A stretch of DNA of 64,000 nucleotides from Octopus sinensis (Eukaryota): positions 44,652,464-44,716,463 of the forward strand of contig NC_043011.1 in assembly GCF_006345805.1 (NCBI RefSeq), in the 5' to 3' direction. Position 1 is the stretch's first letter. Each line of letters begins with the position of its first letter. Shown one piece after another: positions 1 through 14,397 of the stretch. The notes beneath the pieces were generated by a model. The model did no database searches and had not been told where the DNA came from. It saw nothing but the letters and a program-made list of their open reading frames with translations. Made by a program: the position numbers and the translations under genes.

Positions 1-1081
1 TCCTGTTAAGGTACATGCATTGCATTATGGGATGGATTTAAAACTTTATAAATAAAGAGAATAAAGATTAGTTTACACAACACACACACACACACACACA
101 CAAATGCATGAATACACATACACACAGATACACATAGACGAACACAAAACACAGATATATACACATATATACACACAGATACACATAGACGAACACAAAA
201 CATAGATACACACACACACAGATATATACACATATATACACACAGATATAGAGGTATAGGCACAAACACACATTGACATATATATATATTCAGATACACA
301 CACACAAGCACAAAGACACACATACATGTACACAAACACCACAATCTGTGTATCCTGGCCACAGAAGAATGAAACAATAGAAGATTGGAACAAGTGGTAG
401 AATGGATTTGTGTAGTGTTGTAGGGGGAGGGGAGGAGGACTTGCAGTGGTGAAAAGCTGGGAGGATGAACAAACAGAAATGATCTCCCCTTCCCTTTCTG
501 AATGCCCTCTATACTGCTACCATCACCACAATAGAGATAGATAGAGAGAGAGAGAGAGAAGAGAAGGCAGAATAACTAAAAGGGATAACAGGGGGAAGGA
601 AGTCTGGGGTGGAGTGGGCCAGAAGTGATATGGAATTTACCTATGTATGAGGTGAGAGGAGGTAGTTTATTTCCGGTGAGGGAAGGAGCAACAGAGGAGT
701 AGGGGATTGGAGGGGGTGGGGGTGATACACAAATTGCCCCCCACCCCCCACCCCGCCACCACCTATCTCATTCTGATTAAAAAGGAAGTAAAAAAAAATG
801 GGGATATCCCACCCCAACCCATTCACCCCTAATACCGCCCCACCCTCTGCTGTATTATCACTCAATAGCCTTAGTTAAAACTCAATGTGAGGGGACTAGG
901 AGAGTAGGGGAAGGATGGGAGTAAAGGGGAAATTGTAAAAATCAATGCAAACCAGAAATGATTCCTTGTTCTAGGTACAAAGGGAAAAAAAGGAAAAAAG
1001 CTTTTAAGGGTCAGACACACCACCCTACACCACTCTGCACCTCCACCATGCCTTCCTGTTTTTCATCAGTCAGAGCAGAAT

Positions 1082-1709
1082 TAGCCCTTTGACATTTAAC
1101 TGGCCATATCTGGCCTAAATACTCCACCAGTTTTATGGCCAGATCCTGCCTATCTACCTACCCTACAATGTCATTCTAAAAATAAACAATCACATCATGG
1201 AAATTTTGAGGTTATGAGATACTCTTTTACTTTTTTTACTTGCTTGTGTCTTTTGACTGCGGCCATGCTGGGGCACTGCCTTTAGTTGAACAAATCAACC
1301 CCAGCACTTATTCTTTGTACTTCCTAGTATTTATTCTATCAGTCTCTTTTTGCCAAACTGCTAAGTTACAGGAGCGTAAACACACCAGCATTGGTTGTGG
1401 GGGACAAACACAGACATACAAACATACATATACATACACACACACATATATTCGAAGATTAAATATGCTAACCCACTGGTTTTAATAAATTAATATCAAT
1501 TTCTACCCTTATTATTATTATATATATATATATGACAGGCTTCTTTTAGTTTCCGTCTAGCAAATCCACTCATATAGTAAAAGACACCTGCTCAAAGTGC
1601 CACACAGTGGAACTGAACCTGGAACCATGTAGTTGGTAGATAATTCAAAACAATGTGGATAAATAAGGATTACATTTGACAAGACTTATCTGAATGCTAA
1701 AAGGGTTAC
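1082..1709. mobile_element. Second piggyBac-like MITE family, interrupted by a SINE
   Basis: ttagccctttgacatttaactggccatatc...gaatgctaaaagggttac. Fragments of this family also occur at about 17715-17880, 18625-18780 and 49978. Confidence 0.55.
1222..1637 (-). mobile_element. SINE family A
   Basis: Reverse complement of the family A consensus, internally deleted. Confidence 0.7.
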
Positions 1710-3063
1710 AAGAAGCTCTCTCCTTATCTCTGAGATAGGCCCTCAGTCCTTTTCAGGCAGCATTTCCTCAGAACTTAGCAACTACGTTGTTATTGATGGT
1801 AGTGAAGGTGGTGGTGTTTAGCCATAGGTCAACCAAGGTCAAGTAGACCCAATGATCAGAGGATAGTCCACCCATGACTGTTGCTTTTTTTTTTTTTTGT
1901 ATGTACATAAAGAAACTCAATCAGTAGAGCATCAGACTTCTAGATGTCAAGTGATCTGAGTCTTTCTGCAGGAGCACTTAACTATTTATATAGGCACAGG
2001 CATGGCTATATAAATGCTGAAATGGCTGTGTAGTGAGATAGTTGCTGCCTAACTACATAGTTCAGGTTCAGTCCCATTGTATGGCACCTTGCACAAGTAT
2101 TTTCACTATACCCTTGGACCCACCAAAGCTTTGCACATAGATTTTGGAAGATGTCAGCAGTACTGTAATGTGGTCTATGACGTTTGTATACATAACAACA
2201 GCACTGTCCCAGATATGTAAGCAGTATTGTAATGTAGTCTATGATGTTTATATATGTAACAATAGTACTGTCCCAGATATGTAAGCAGTATTGTAATGTT
2301 GGTCTGTGACATTTGTGTCTGTCTAACAGCAGTACTGTCCCAGGTACATAAGCAGCACTGCAATGACCAAGATAAGTAAGCAGTTGCTGAGAAAAAGAAA
2401 TTTGATATTGATCCACTGATCAATCATCACAGCTGCAAGATTATTGATTTCGGCTCTTGTGAAGTTTATACTGTCAAGGTAACAACCCGGCCTAGATAAC
2501 TTTGTTTTGATCACTTTGACACAAGTACCACTTTATGTAGTAAGTATATTTTGTAAAGTGGTTAGTGTTAGAGGGGCACAGTGCCATGGAAATGAGGCCA
2601 ATAAGAGAACCAAGAGAACCACATGCTCATCACTGACCCAACGAGGAAGTCTGTAAGTCTGAATAAGAACTGACCTTGGCTGTGATGAGTGATTCAGTCC
2701 ATAACAAAATGGAGTGTGGACGTAAGGCAATGACAATGGTGATGAGGAAGACAAGGATGATGTTAATAACAATGATAATGATGACAACACTGACGATGAT
2801 GATAATAGCGATGATGATGAAAATGACTGTGACAGCAAAAATTTTATTGATGATTTGATGAGGGTGATGATGATGATGTCATCAATGATGTTAGGACAAT
2901 AATGATGTTGATTAAGATGATAATGATGACTATGATGATGGTGGCAACGACTATGATGTGTAACAAGGATGTTGGTGATAGTGGTGATGATGATGATGAT
3001 GATGGTGACAACAATTGTGATGATGATGATGATTATATATTTTACCAAAGAATTTCATTTGAA

Positions 3064-3416
3064 ACAAGAGCACTCAGAGACTGTAAAACTCCACCAAGGC
3101 AACACCAACTTCCTCTCAATGATTAGCCATACATGATTTTTAAAATGAGAATATCTGAAATAACTCGACTGCTCTAATAAATGAGAATACTAAAAATGAA
3201 CCCGACCACTCTCAAAAATTAAGTAAAAAAACAGGAAAAATAATCCAGAATCCTTGTCCAGTACTGCTCAGTTCGTGCTAGTCACAAGGCCAAACATCCC
3301 TGAAAGTTTCATCTGAATCCATCCAGTGGTTCTTGAGATATCTTGTCCACAGACAACCAACCAAACAAACACGACTGAAAACAATACCTCTGCCTTTGCT
3401 AAGGTGGTGGTAATAA
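3064..3416 (-). mobile_element. Helentron-associated (HINE/DINE-1-like) non-autonomous element
   Basis: Minus strand ttattaccaccacc...gaggtattgttttcagtcgtgtttgtttg...gccttggtggagttttacagtctctgagtgctcttgt resembles the recalled subTIR + microsatellite + 3' hairpin layout. Confidence 0.45.
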
Positions 3417-4419
3417 AACACTTCTTCTATCAAGTAGATGATACTCCAAACTTCAACAGATAACAACAGCTGTTCTCATATGAGTCTTGTGTAAAAAAAA
3501 ATGAACAAAGCTCACTTTAACAATCCAAGACATTCATCTCTGATGATTTGAATATGCTTATAATATTATCTTCATTCCAGCATCTGAGTAATATCTAATG
3601 TTATTTTAAAATATTGATGTGTTTGTAGTATAGTGAGCCTGAAGACAAATGGTCCAGTGGTTTTCTTTCAGTTTCTGTCAACCATTTTCACTCACAAGGC
3701 TTTGGTCAGCCCAAGGCTATAGAAGATACTTGTCCAAGGTATCATGCAGTAGAACTGAATCTGGAACCATATGGTTGGGAAGCAAGCTTCTTACCACACA
3801 GCCACACCTGCACCTAAGCTCTTACCACACAGCCACACCTGCACCTAAGCTCTTACCACACAGCCACACCTGCACCTAAGATAAATTTTATTTATGGGTC
3901 TTTAGCCAAACAAAGCCCACCCCTCGTTCCTACAGAATCTAGTCATTATATACAACTAAACACACACTCTACAAATTCTTTTTGTTTCTACTCTTGGCAC
4001 AAAGCCCGAAATTTTGAGGGAAGGAGCCAGTCGATTAGATCAACTCCAGTATGTAACTGGTACTTAATTTATCGACCCCCGAAAGAATGAAAGGCAAAGT
4101 CAACCTTGGAGGAATTTGAATTCAGACCATAAAGTCAGACGAAATATCGCTAAGCATTTCGCCTGGTCTGATACAAATTCTAACAAATGTACAATAAACC
4201 ATTATGTACTACAACAGAGTTCATTCAGTCGATTAGGGAGCACAAGTTTGAGTACATGGTGGACTTTCTCATCCATATTCACTTAAGTTTTTGGTTGGTC
4301 TTGAACCATAGCAGAAGACACTCACCTAAGGTGCCATGCAGTGGCACTGAACCCAGAATCATGTGGTTAAAAGTAAACGTCTTATCACACAGCTATACCT
4401 AAAACCCCTATTAAGGAGC

Positions 4420-5115
4420 TAGTTTATAGAGATTAGGTTGGTTTTGTTGTGAAGTGACATATGGTCCCTATTTTTTAAGGTATGTTATTTTTATTGTAAA
4501 CATCATGTGGCCTAATAGAAACTCACTATTTCAAGTTGATGTGGTCCCTAGTTTATGAGCTAGTTATATCAAAAAAGTCATGTGATTCTATAGAAACTCA
4601 CTAACTCAGATTCATGCAGTCCCTATTTTAAGGGTTAGTATATAGTTGAAAGAAAGATGTGACTCCATCAAAACTCACTAATTCAAATTGATATGATCCT
4701 TAGTTTTGGGGCTTGTTATATTCAGAAAGTCATATGACTCCTTACAAACAAATTCAAATCCATGTGGCCCCTATTTTAAAATGCCAGTTACGTTAAACAA
4801 GTCACATGACTTACAGAGAAACCTACGGTCCCTCCACACACACACACCAGCGCATGCATTTATGACCCTTAATTTCTTAGAGTGAGTAGGTAAGTCTCAT
4901 ACAGTCCCTTTTTTAAGGGTTAGTATTTTTGTTGAAATAAAGATGTGACGCTATTGAAACTCACTAATTCAAATTGATTTGATCCCTAGGTTTTGAGGCT
5001 CATTGGTCCCTATTTTAAAATGCCAGTTACATTAAACAAGTCACATGACTTACACAGAAACCTATGATCCCTCCCTCCATACACCAAATGCATGCATTTA
5101 TGATCCCTATTTTCT
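4420..5115. repeat. Degenerate tandem repeat block (ggtccctatttt / aaactcacta motifs)
   Basis: Recurring motifs; about 4620-4900 is re-copied at about 4905-5115. Confidence 0.65.
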
Positions 5116-5915
5116 CAGAAAAAGGTAAGTGAGTTTGTTATGGTAGATATGGCTTGCTTGTCTGTTACTTCCATTGGGCCAGTCAGGTGACTGACTCCCA
5201 CAGATAGCAGCCCTTATTCCTTCTCCTCCTCCACCACCACCACCACTACCACCTTCCTCTCTCTCACCTTACTGACTGACTGACTAACTCAGGTAATATA
5301 ATACAGCAACACACACACAGATAGACAGACTGTTCAAATGTAATATTCAAATCATGTTTACCTGGATGTCGGTTAGACAGAGACAGAAAAACAAAGGAGA
5401 GGGTGGTGGTGGTGGTGGTGGTGGTGGAAAGGAGAGATGAGGGTAAGGAGGCAGGAAGCGTCATGAGCTGTGCATGTATGTATGAAGAGAGAGAGAGAGG
5501 ATGTGAGGTGGGATTGGGGACGGGGAGTGTGATCCTTACTGTCGCCACAACACCACCACCACCACCACCACCACCATCATCATCACTACCATCACAATTA
5601 CCTCCAACTGGCATTAGTTACCAACAGTTGGGATGGGGAGGAGGAGGAAGAGGAGGGGGAGGAGGAGGAGAAAGCAAGCTGTTCAGAAAATAAAGGTGTT
5701 ATGCAGTCAATAAGTAAAAAGAGACAAGAGTAGATACCTGGATATGATACCTGGTGTGTGGTGGTGGTGGTGGCGGCGGCGGAGGCGGTGGTGGTGGTGA
5801 TAGCGTAGAATAGAGAAACTGGGGAAAAATGGGTAGAGTTGGTTAACCCCCCCCTTCCACCACCCCCAGCCAGCCATGAATCGAATCCGTTACTGAATAA
5901 ATAAGGAATGAATAT

Positions 5916-5969
<54 letters not shown>

Positions 5970-7706
5970 ATGTGTTTATGTATACGTTTATAAATAAATG
6001 CGTGTGTATGTCTGCATAAAATACACACACACACACACATACATATATATATATACACATGTATGTATGTATGTATGTGTGTGTGTGTGTATGTATGCAT
6101 GCATGTATGTATGTGTGTATGCATGTATATTGTGATAGTGTATTTGTGTGTGAGGATGATTATGCGTAATTTTAATACACACACACACACACATATATAT
6201 ATATATGCATATAGGTGTGTATATACATATACATGTTCAAATGGATGTATAAGTTATATGTGTATGTAGCTATGTATGTATGGATGAATGGATGGATGGA
6301 TGTGCATCTTGTAAATAAACCAAGATAGGGGGGAATGTTGCTAGGGATGGTAAGGGGGGGGGGGGGGCTGGATGGGCAAAAGGTACATTTTCTCCCCTCG
6401 CAGAAGACAAAACAGGAGTAAAATAAATAAAATAAAGCTGGAGTGGAAATGGTAAAACGATTCCCTTGCAGAGATCAGTTTATTATTATCCATAATTCTT
6501 TAAACTTTACACCAAGACACACAGATATCTTACACACACACACATACACACACACACGTCCCCCTTCCCCCGTGCCACGTGTCTACGTATCAGGTTTTCT
6601 TTTGATTATTCCCGACCACAAAACACTTCAAGCATCTGGAAGGAAATTCCAGATATTATTGCCAGAAATGTGGTATGTTGATCCAAACACACAGTCTTCG
6701 ATATTTAGAGTATTTGGAGAAGTGTTTCCGGTTCTTTACTTTCCGAGTTCAAATACCACTGAGGACGAATTTACCCTTTCATCTTTTCGCGGTTGATGAA
6801 AATAGGTACCAGTCAAGTACTGGGGTCGATGTAATTGACTAGCCCTTTCCCTCAAGATTTCTGGCTTTGTTCCAGAATCAGAAAGGGTTATTATTTTTTA
6901 GGGGGTTGATAAGGCAGCGAACTGGCAGAATTGTTAGCACACCGGACATAATACTTTGCAATATTTCTTCCGTCTTAACGTTCTGAGTTCAAATTCCGCC
7001 GAGGTCGACTTTACCTTTCGACCTTTCGGAGGTCAATGAAATAAGCACCAGGTATGCATTGGGGTCAGTGTAATTATTGACTACCCTCTTCCCCAAAACT
7101 TCCAGGCCTTTAGAAAGAATTATTATTTCGGGGGTGGAGTGGGAGGGTGATGTGGTGGCGTCTGGCAGAATTGTTAGCATGCCAGATAAAATGCTTAGCG
7201 AAATTTCAGCTGTCTTTGCACTCTGGGTTCAAATTCCGTCATGGACGACAACGCGGGTTTTTTTTTTGGGGGGGGGGGGAGTCACTGTAACACCAAGGCA
7301 ATGTAATAGTACCAAGTAGTACCAAACAAGTACCAGTTAAGCACTTGGGTCAGTGTAATTGACTAGGTTCACATCAAAATTTTCAGGCTTTGAGCCTAAA
7401 ATAGAAAGGGTCATTTGGAGTCAATGAAAATGTACAAGTGTTGTCTTGGGGTTGATGTAATCTACTTTCTCCTCCCCATCAAATCTGCTGGCATTGTGCC
7501 AAAATTAAAAATTGTTTTAAAGAGTGGGACTTAAAGAATCGGTAGGGCACCGCAGAAAATGTTTTGTGATATTTAGTAACTAGTAACATCTCCTTCTTCA
7601 CCTTCTGAGATAGAACCCTATATGGGTCAACTTTGCCTTTTCATCTACCCAGGAGTCAATAAAATAAAGTATCATCAACTGTACCTCTCTTCCTAAATTT
7701 GAAGTA

Positions 7707-8072
7707 TCTCTTCTCTCTATATATAAACGGCAGTTTGTCTGTGTGTGTTTCTGTGTGTCTGTTAGGTTGTACCCTCACCCTGACCACGGCTTTCAACCGA
7801 TTCTGATGAAACTTGACACACACTGTCATAATTCAAAACTAACGCAGCGAAAATTTTGAAAAGTTCCCCCAGTTCTGAAAAAAATCGATAAATTCGACAT
7901 GGGGTCGAGAATCAGAAACACAAACCACAGACTGTCTAGGGGACGCAACTCGACCTTTTTAACTAAAAAAAATTTACCATCATTTTTTCCCCATTTTTTG
8001 GCTATAACTCTCTAAAAATGCTTTATAGTTATTTCCCTTACAAACCCGAGCAACGCCGGGCGATACTGCTAG
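7707..8072 (+). mobile_element. Non-autonomous Helitron-like element
   Basis: A|TC 5' end, 3' hairpin CCCGAGCAACGCCGGG followed by CTAG|T, and no TSD. Confidence 0.75.
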
Positions 8073-8273
8073 TTGTAACTATATCTGAAACGCATCAGCA
8101 ATAAATTTGATCAAGAATGAATCCCAGTATTTTGCTGGTATTTGCATATATCGAATACCGGAAGTAAAGTCAAGGGGCACAAAAAAAAAAAATCATCCTC
8201 GTACTGACCCCATCAAAAACCAACACATACACCCTTCCAGGAGTTATATATAGAACTTGAGACACAAAATAGT

Positions 8274-8745
8274 AGGCGCAGGCGTGGCTGTGCGGTAATA
8301 AGCATGTTTCACAACCGCATGGTTCAGGATTCAGACCCAATGCGCGTGGCACCTTGGGTAATAGCCTCGGGCCGACCAAGGCCTTGAGAGTGGATTTGGA
8401 AGGCGGAGACTGTAAGGAGTCCGTCTTGTATGTATATATATGGACGAAAGAACATAGGGGTTAGGGGTTGGGATTTTTGCTACGTCGAAAACGGGTGGTG
8501 TACATATTCTTTACCCGTTTCTGTGTTTGTCCCGCACCACCGCTTGACAACTGGTGTTGGTGTGTTTATATCCCCGTAACCAAGCGTTTCGGCTAAAGGG
8601 AACGATAGAATAAGTAAGTCTTGCCTAAGTACCAGGCTTTAAAAATATAAAAAAAGTACTGGAGCCGATTAAAATTCTTCGAGGCGTTGCTCCAGCATGG
8701 CCGCACGAGTAAAAGACTAAAAGTATAGTAAGTACAACTCCAACA
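8274..8745 (+). mobile_element. tRNA-derived SINE family A (CORE-like ggcaccttggg domain)
   Basis: Head ggcgtggctgtgcggtaa, B-box-like ggttcaggattc, central microsatellite, tail ctccagcatggccgca...aaaagact. Confidence 0.75.
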
Positions 8746-9084
8746 TGAACATAGCTTCACACACAATATACACGCACTCATACACTCTCTCCCAGGTAAC
8801 TGGGGCGGTCTCCGTCCACCACAAACTTAAATTTCACGTACACAGCATAAACTTTACTCCACACATTCACACATGTATTATACGTATCCAATACGGTATA
8901 TGAAATGTAAAAATGCTATTAAAACGTCGAACTGGGTTGAATTTGTTAGGATCAGTTTTAAGAAAAAGGAAAAAATATTACGTTCATAAACTATTAACAC
9001 TTCAGTTTGTGTGCGTGTGTGTTGTATTTGTTTTGCAAGGTTCTTGATGTTGAGGCCGTGTGTTGAAATAGATATTGTTGTAGT

Positions 9085-9208
9085 ACAGACAGACAGATAG
9101 ATAGATAGATAGATAGATAGACAGATAGATAGATAGATAGACAGATAGATAGATATAGATAGATAGATAGACAGATAGATAGATAGATAGACAGATAGAT
9201 AGATAGAT

Positions 9209-9267
<59 letters not shown>

Positions 9268-9294
9268 TAGATAGATAGATATAGATAGATAGAT

Positions 9295-9341
<47 letters not shown>
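9085..9341. repeat. (AGAT)n microsatellite
   Basis: Directly visible. Confidence 0.95.
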
Positions 9342-9342
<1 letters not shown>

Positions 9343-10057
9343 AACTATGTGTATGTTTATAAGTATGTGTTGTAATAATAATATCAGTTTTGTAAAATCT
9401 TGAAGGAGAACTCCTCCCCTACTCCTTTGTGTGTGTGTGTGTGTGTGTGTGTGTTAGCCACTTTAAGGCTGAGTAGAAGAAGGAGGAGAGAGAGTACAAG
9501 ACCTGTAGAGTAAAGCTAGTGGAAGGTGGTGGTGGTGGTGGAGGAAAAAGAGGCAAGGCAGGGGAAATAGATAAGGTAAGGGGACAAAGTATTGTAGTAA
9601 ATGGGAACGGTGGTGGTGGTGGTGGCGTAATGGTAGTGGTGGTGGTGGTGGTGGTGTAGACAATAGTGGTGTAGGCGATGGGGATTAAATACGTTAAAAA
9701 AAAAGAACGAAAAGGACGGCAGACCCTGAGTAAAAGTCGAAGGTAAAACAGAAGAAGTGAGGAATTTCAGAGTAGAAAGGGATTTTGTTGTGGTGATGGT
9801 AGTGGTGGTGGTGGTGGTGGTGTACGTTTCTAGATGTGAATATACATGTGTGTTCGATGGAGAGGAGAAAAAGAAAAAAACAAAGAAAATATGAGAGTTG
9901 CAAGGTGCAGACGTACACACAAAGAGACATTGAGTAAGGTGTACGTACACACACACACACACAGAGTCATATATTTAAAGAGGGTGTATGTCAAGCGTAT
10001 ATATTTTATAAAGTAGGGTAAGGGGAGAAGGTATTGCGGTGTATATAATTGCTCACA

Positions 10058-10083
10058 ACTGCTACTACTACTACTACTACTAT

Positions 10084-10114
<31 letters not shown>

Positions 10115-10176
10115 GCTATTACTACTACTACTAATATTACTACTACTACTGCTATTACTACGACTAATATTACTAC

Positions 10177-10223
<47 letters not shown>

Positions 10224-10295
10224 ATACTACTACTAATAATAATAATAATAATAATAAAATAATAATAATAACAACAACAACAACAACAACAACAG
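10058..10295. repeat. Compound (TAC)n-(TAA)n-(CAA)n
   Basis: Directly visible. Confidence 0.95.
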
Positions 10296-10627
10296 TAGTA
10301 TATACGGATCCGTATATACATCAATCATACCGGACAATGAGCAAAACGCACGCGCGCACGCACACACATGAAGCATAATTGTTAATAGCAACAAGAAGTC
10401 AGACATACAAATAATGCACGAAATATATATTTTTCGCTTTTCTTTCTTTAGTTTTTAAGTAAGTTTTTTTTTTCAGTTTATTTATTTTACTTATTTTTCT
10501 ATGAAGCTGTAATATAATAGCGTAAAATATTTATAGGGTTATACGTACTATATTCATTTTTATGCTCTGAAAGTCAACATATATATTATAATTAAATAAT
10601 GTTTGCCCGAAGCAGCGTTGAATGAAA

Positions 10628-10940
10628 TATATTCATGTTAAGTCATAGTCAATATGTTCGAGTGCATTTGGACACAAGAAGACCATCCGCTTTGAAGATA
10701 GTCACACAAGAAAATTCTCTTCGGGTTGTGAGTGGCTAATTTGATGTTCGTATATGATGAAATGAAACGACACATGAACTCATATGCGTTCTACAATGTA
10801 ATGAGGTCAGTCACAGCAGGTGTAATGTTTTGACGCGTGTCTAAGAAGAGAATTTGCTCCCAGGTGTATCTCCGCAGTGGAAGGTCTTCTCACGTCCGAG
10901 TGCATTCGAACGTGTTGAATATGACATTTACACGAATATA
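10628..10940. mobile_element. Old MITE/foldback remnant
   Basis: Imperfect ~95-bp inverted arms 10628-10722 / 10845-10940 with TA ends. Confidence 0.6.
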
Positions 10941-13239
10941 GGTAACTAGCATAGTGATTATACTATACAATATACACTGTATTATTTATAACAGACACAC
11001 GTTAGCACTCCTTGTCTTTGAGGACAGCTTCAGACTGTTTCAGTATATGGAACTTTAAACGAAGCCTACAATGACATTAACCAGCTGGGATAAAGAAAAG
11101 TTTGTATCAACAATACTCAGAGTTACAGTGAATCTCGGAGTGTTTACTTGTAAATATAACTTTACATGAATGTATTGAGTGTTCCGGTCTTACATTTGTA
11201 CTCATTAAACACGTGTAGATACACGAATTATATTTATAAAACATGAATTCTCATCATTAATATTTTAGACATCATCTTTCTAATTTTGCTATGGGTTGAC
11301 TAAGTCTGCAACACCACATGTATTGCCACTCACTTCATTTGTGTTATGTTGCGTAAAGTCCAAACAAATCTCACCAGAGACCAAAACTCACTACATCTTT
11401 TCTTGACTAGCAAATTTAATCGCTATTCCATCACTTCCAGATATATTCTGAGTTGGGTGGAGGCTAAAACTCAACTCATAAAACTCACAGACTCTTTTAC
11501 ATTCTAGTTCACTTTCTTGTACCATTGCCATCAAAACGCCACCACTACATCATCCACACTGACCTCACATTACAAGTACTGCCCTATTCACATTAAAAGT
11601 AATGACTTTTTTAAGCTAAATATAAAATAGATGAAAACAAATGTTTGTATATCTACATATATAATATAAAAATGATATATATATTATAAATACACATCAA
11701 AAAATATTATAAATTTCTATATCAATAATAAAATATTATGTCATGAAAAAATTAATTTGTATGTATAATAAAACATGTCAGATTTATGTATATTGTAAAT
11801 ATACATGATTAAAATGTTATATAAAGAAAGAACTTGATGTGTGTGTGTTTGGTGTGTGTGTGTGTGTGTGTGTGTGTTGAATTATACATGTGTGCATACA
11901 CACAAAATGTGTGTGTTATGTCTTTAAATGAATTATATATGTGTGTGTGAGAGAGAGAGAGTCTGTATGTTATGAAATTATATGCTATAAATAAAATATG
12001 CACTATAAATGTGATATACATCATATATATGTATGTATGTATGTATGTGTGTTATATTAGTTTATATAAAATTTATACATAATGATACAATTAGATTATT
12101 TTTTATGTTCTGTCTTAATCTAGGAACATAAAATATAAATAAGAATAATCTAGCTAAATGATATTTAATCAATACTTTTGTCTATGAAATATATTAATAC
12201 ATATTAGACGTCAGAGCCAGTGGGTGACATGGACGACTGTCATCAGAGTGAAAGTTATGCATCGTTGGAGCACGACTGCAGTATTATCCAAGCCATATCC
12301 TGCATTGTATGCCTGGCGAAGTAAGCCAGTATTGATGCACTAACAACAGAACAATGCAACTAAGTCTATAGCAGGAGAATCAATAAGTCACACCCCGGAG
12401 GGTGAGAAAGGATGAGAAACGACAATGGAAAAGTGTTAACAAAGGAAAGCTGAGATGCAGACATCTGTAAGGGTGTCTAAGAGTGTGGTTTTAAATTGCA
12501 TCCACTAGTGGGGCACTGGTTCGGGAACTGTAGGGTTTGAGGGATTGTGGAAGCACCACTTAGCCGGTTTTGTTTCCAGGTTTGCTCTGACCTGGTGTAG
12601 TAGCACCTGTCAGGGACCCAGCTATGGGTCTATTTGCATATTAGGGTTTGTCTACATATGCATGTGAAGATTGGATTTGGTGGACTCTGTGTGTGGAAGA
12701 AACCTCCATGGTTCAATGGAGGGCAAGGTAGCTTCAGCAATGCATTGTGGAGTGCAGAGAGTAAGATGAGGCCCAATAAGGGAGTCTCCAAGTCTGAATA
12801 AGAACTGAGCTGGGCTGTGGTGACTGATCCAATCGATGCCAACATGGAGAGTTAACATACAGCAATGGCAATGGTGGTGATGATGATGACAATGATGAAG
12901 ATGAGGATGGTGATGACAACAACCATGATGATGATGACAAAAATGACAATGTTATTGATGATGATAATGATGAATGATGTCAACAATGATGTTATGATAA
13001 TGATTATGATATTTGATGATGACGATGACAACAAAGATGGTGAAAACAACGATGACAATGATGGTGACAACAACAATGTTGATGATAGTGGTGATGATGC
13101 TGATGGTGATCAAGGAAGACATCTTGGTCATCCACCGCATCCATCCCCAATTGTCTTGACCTCGTTGTGCCACTGGATGGAAGATGGTCACAAATGACAG
13201 AGTAGGGTTGCCAGTGCACAACTCTTCTTCACTTTAAAC

Positions 13240-13340
13240 CAGGACTGTGGAGTCGGAGTCATGGAGTCAGAGTTGGAGTCGGAAACTATTAAGGAGTAGT
13301 CGGAGTCGGTAAAACTATATTGATTTTGTCTCCAACTCAC
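13240..13340 (+). mobile_element. Truncated DNA-transposon end with GGAGTC subterminal repeats (hAT-like)
   Basis: caggactgtggagtcggagtc... contains several ggagtc(g) units; no matching right end was found. Confidence 0.35.
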
Positions 13341-13648
13341 AATATCTTTATTCTTTAATAGAAACCAGTTACAACATATAGGCCCACTCAAAGTACAAGT
13401 GTATGCTATAGGCACAAGGCCTGAAATTTTGGTGGGGGAGGTTAGTTGATAATATTCACCCCAGTGTTTAACTGGTACTTATTTCATCAATCCCCGAAAG
13501 GATGACAGGCAAAGGTGATCTCAGCATAATCCATTAATAATAATAATAACAACAATAAAGATAATATTTTCTACTATAGGCACAAGGCCTGAAACTTTGA
13601 AGGTAGAGGGTTAATCAATAGAATTGATCCCGATACGGTACTGGTACT

Positions 13649-13680
<32 letters not shown>

Positions 13681-13836
13681 GAAGAAGAAGAAGAAGAAGA
13701 AGAGAAGAAGAAGAAGAGAGAAGAAGAAGAAGAAGAAGAGAAGAAGAAGAAGAAGAAGAAGAAGAAGAAGAAGAAGAAGAGAAGAAGAAGGAGAAGAAGA
13801 AGGAGGAGAAGGAGGAGGAGGAGGAGAAGGAGGAGG
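13649..13836. repeat. Compound (TAA)n-(GAA)n-(GGA)n
   Basis: Directly visible. Confidence 0.95.
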
Positions 13837-14161
13837 ATATATTTTTATGAATTATGGAAGTTTTGGGGGAGGCTGATGATTTAACTGTCTTCACTTTGAG
13901 CCAGTAAAACCTACAAGTGAACTACAGCTATTGTATGTGTAGAGCGTTGGCAGAATGACCCAACCTAAGTATAAGAATATTTCTAAATAATACTCACAAA
14001 AAAATTATTTATTTCAAAAACAGAGATTTTTTTATAAATTGAACTTAATTTGGTAGTTTATACAATATCAAAAACTTATGAGCTACTGAAACCTACCAGA
14101 AACAGTTACTAAATCTCCCTCAAATCTCATGCCATGCTAGAACACCTTTAGCCATAGTTCT

Positions 14162-14397
14162 TATTCCTTTATTGCCCACAAGGGGCTAAACATAGAGGGG
14201 ACAAACAAGAACAGACAAAGGATTAAGTTGATTACATCGACCCCAGTGCGTAACTGGTACTTAATTTATCGACCCCGACCCCGAAAGGATGAAAGGCAAA
14301 GTTGACCTCGGCGGAATTTGAACTCAGAACGTAACGGCAGACGAAATACCACTAAGCATTTCGCCCGGCGTGTTAACGCTTCTGCCAGTTCACTGCC
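14162..14397 (-). mobile_element. tRNA-derived SINE family B, complete, with TSD
   Basis: TSD tttagccatagttct (14147-14161 / 14398-14412); B-box-like ttctgagttcaaattcc on the minus strand. Confidence 0.9.

Noticed and set aside
10620-10940. C2H2 zinc-finger-like words (MHS, EKTFHC) on the minus strand
   Set aside because: No consistent frame or C/H spacing; explained by the inverted repeat.
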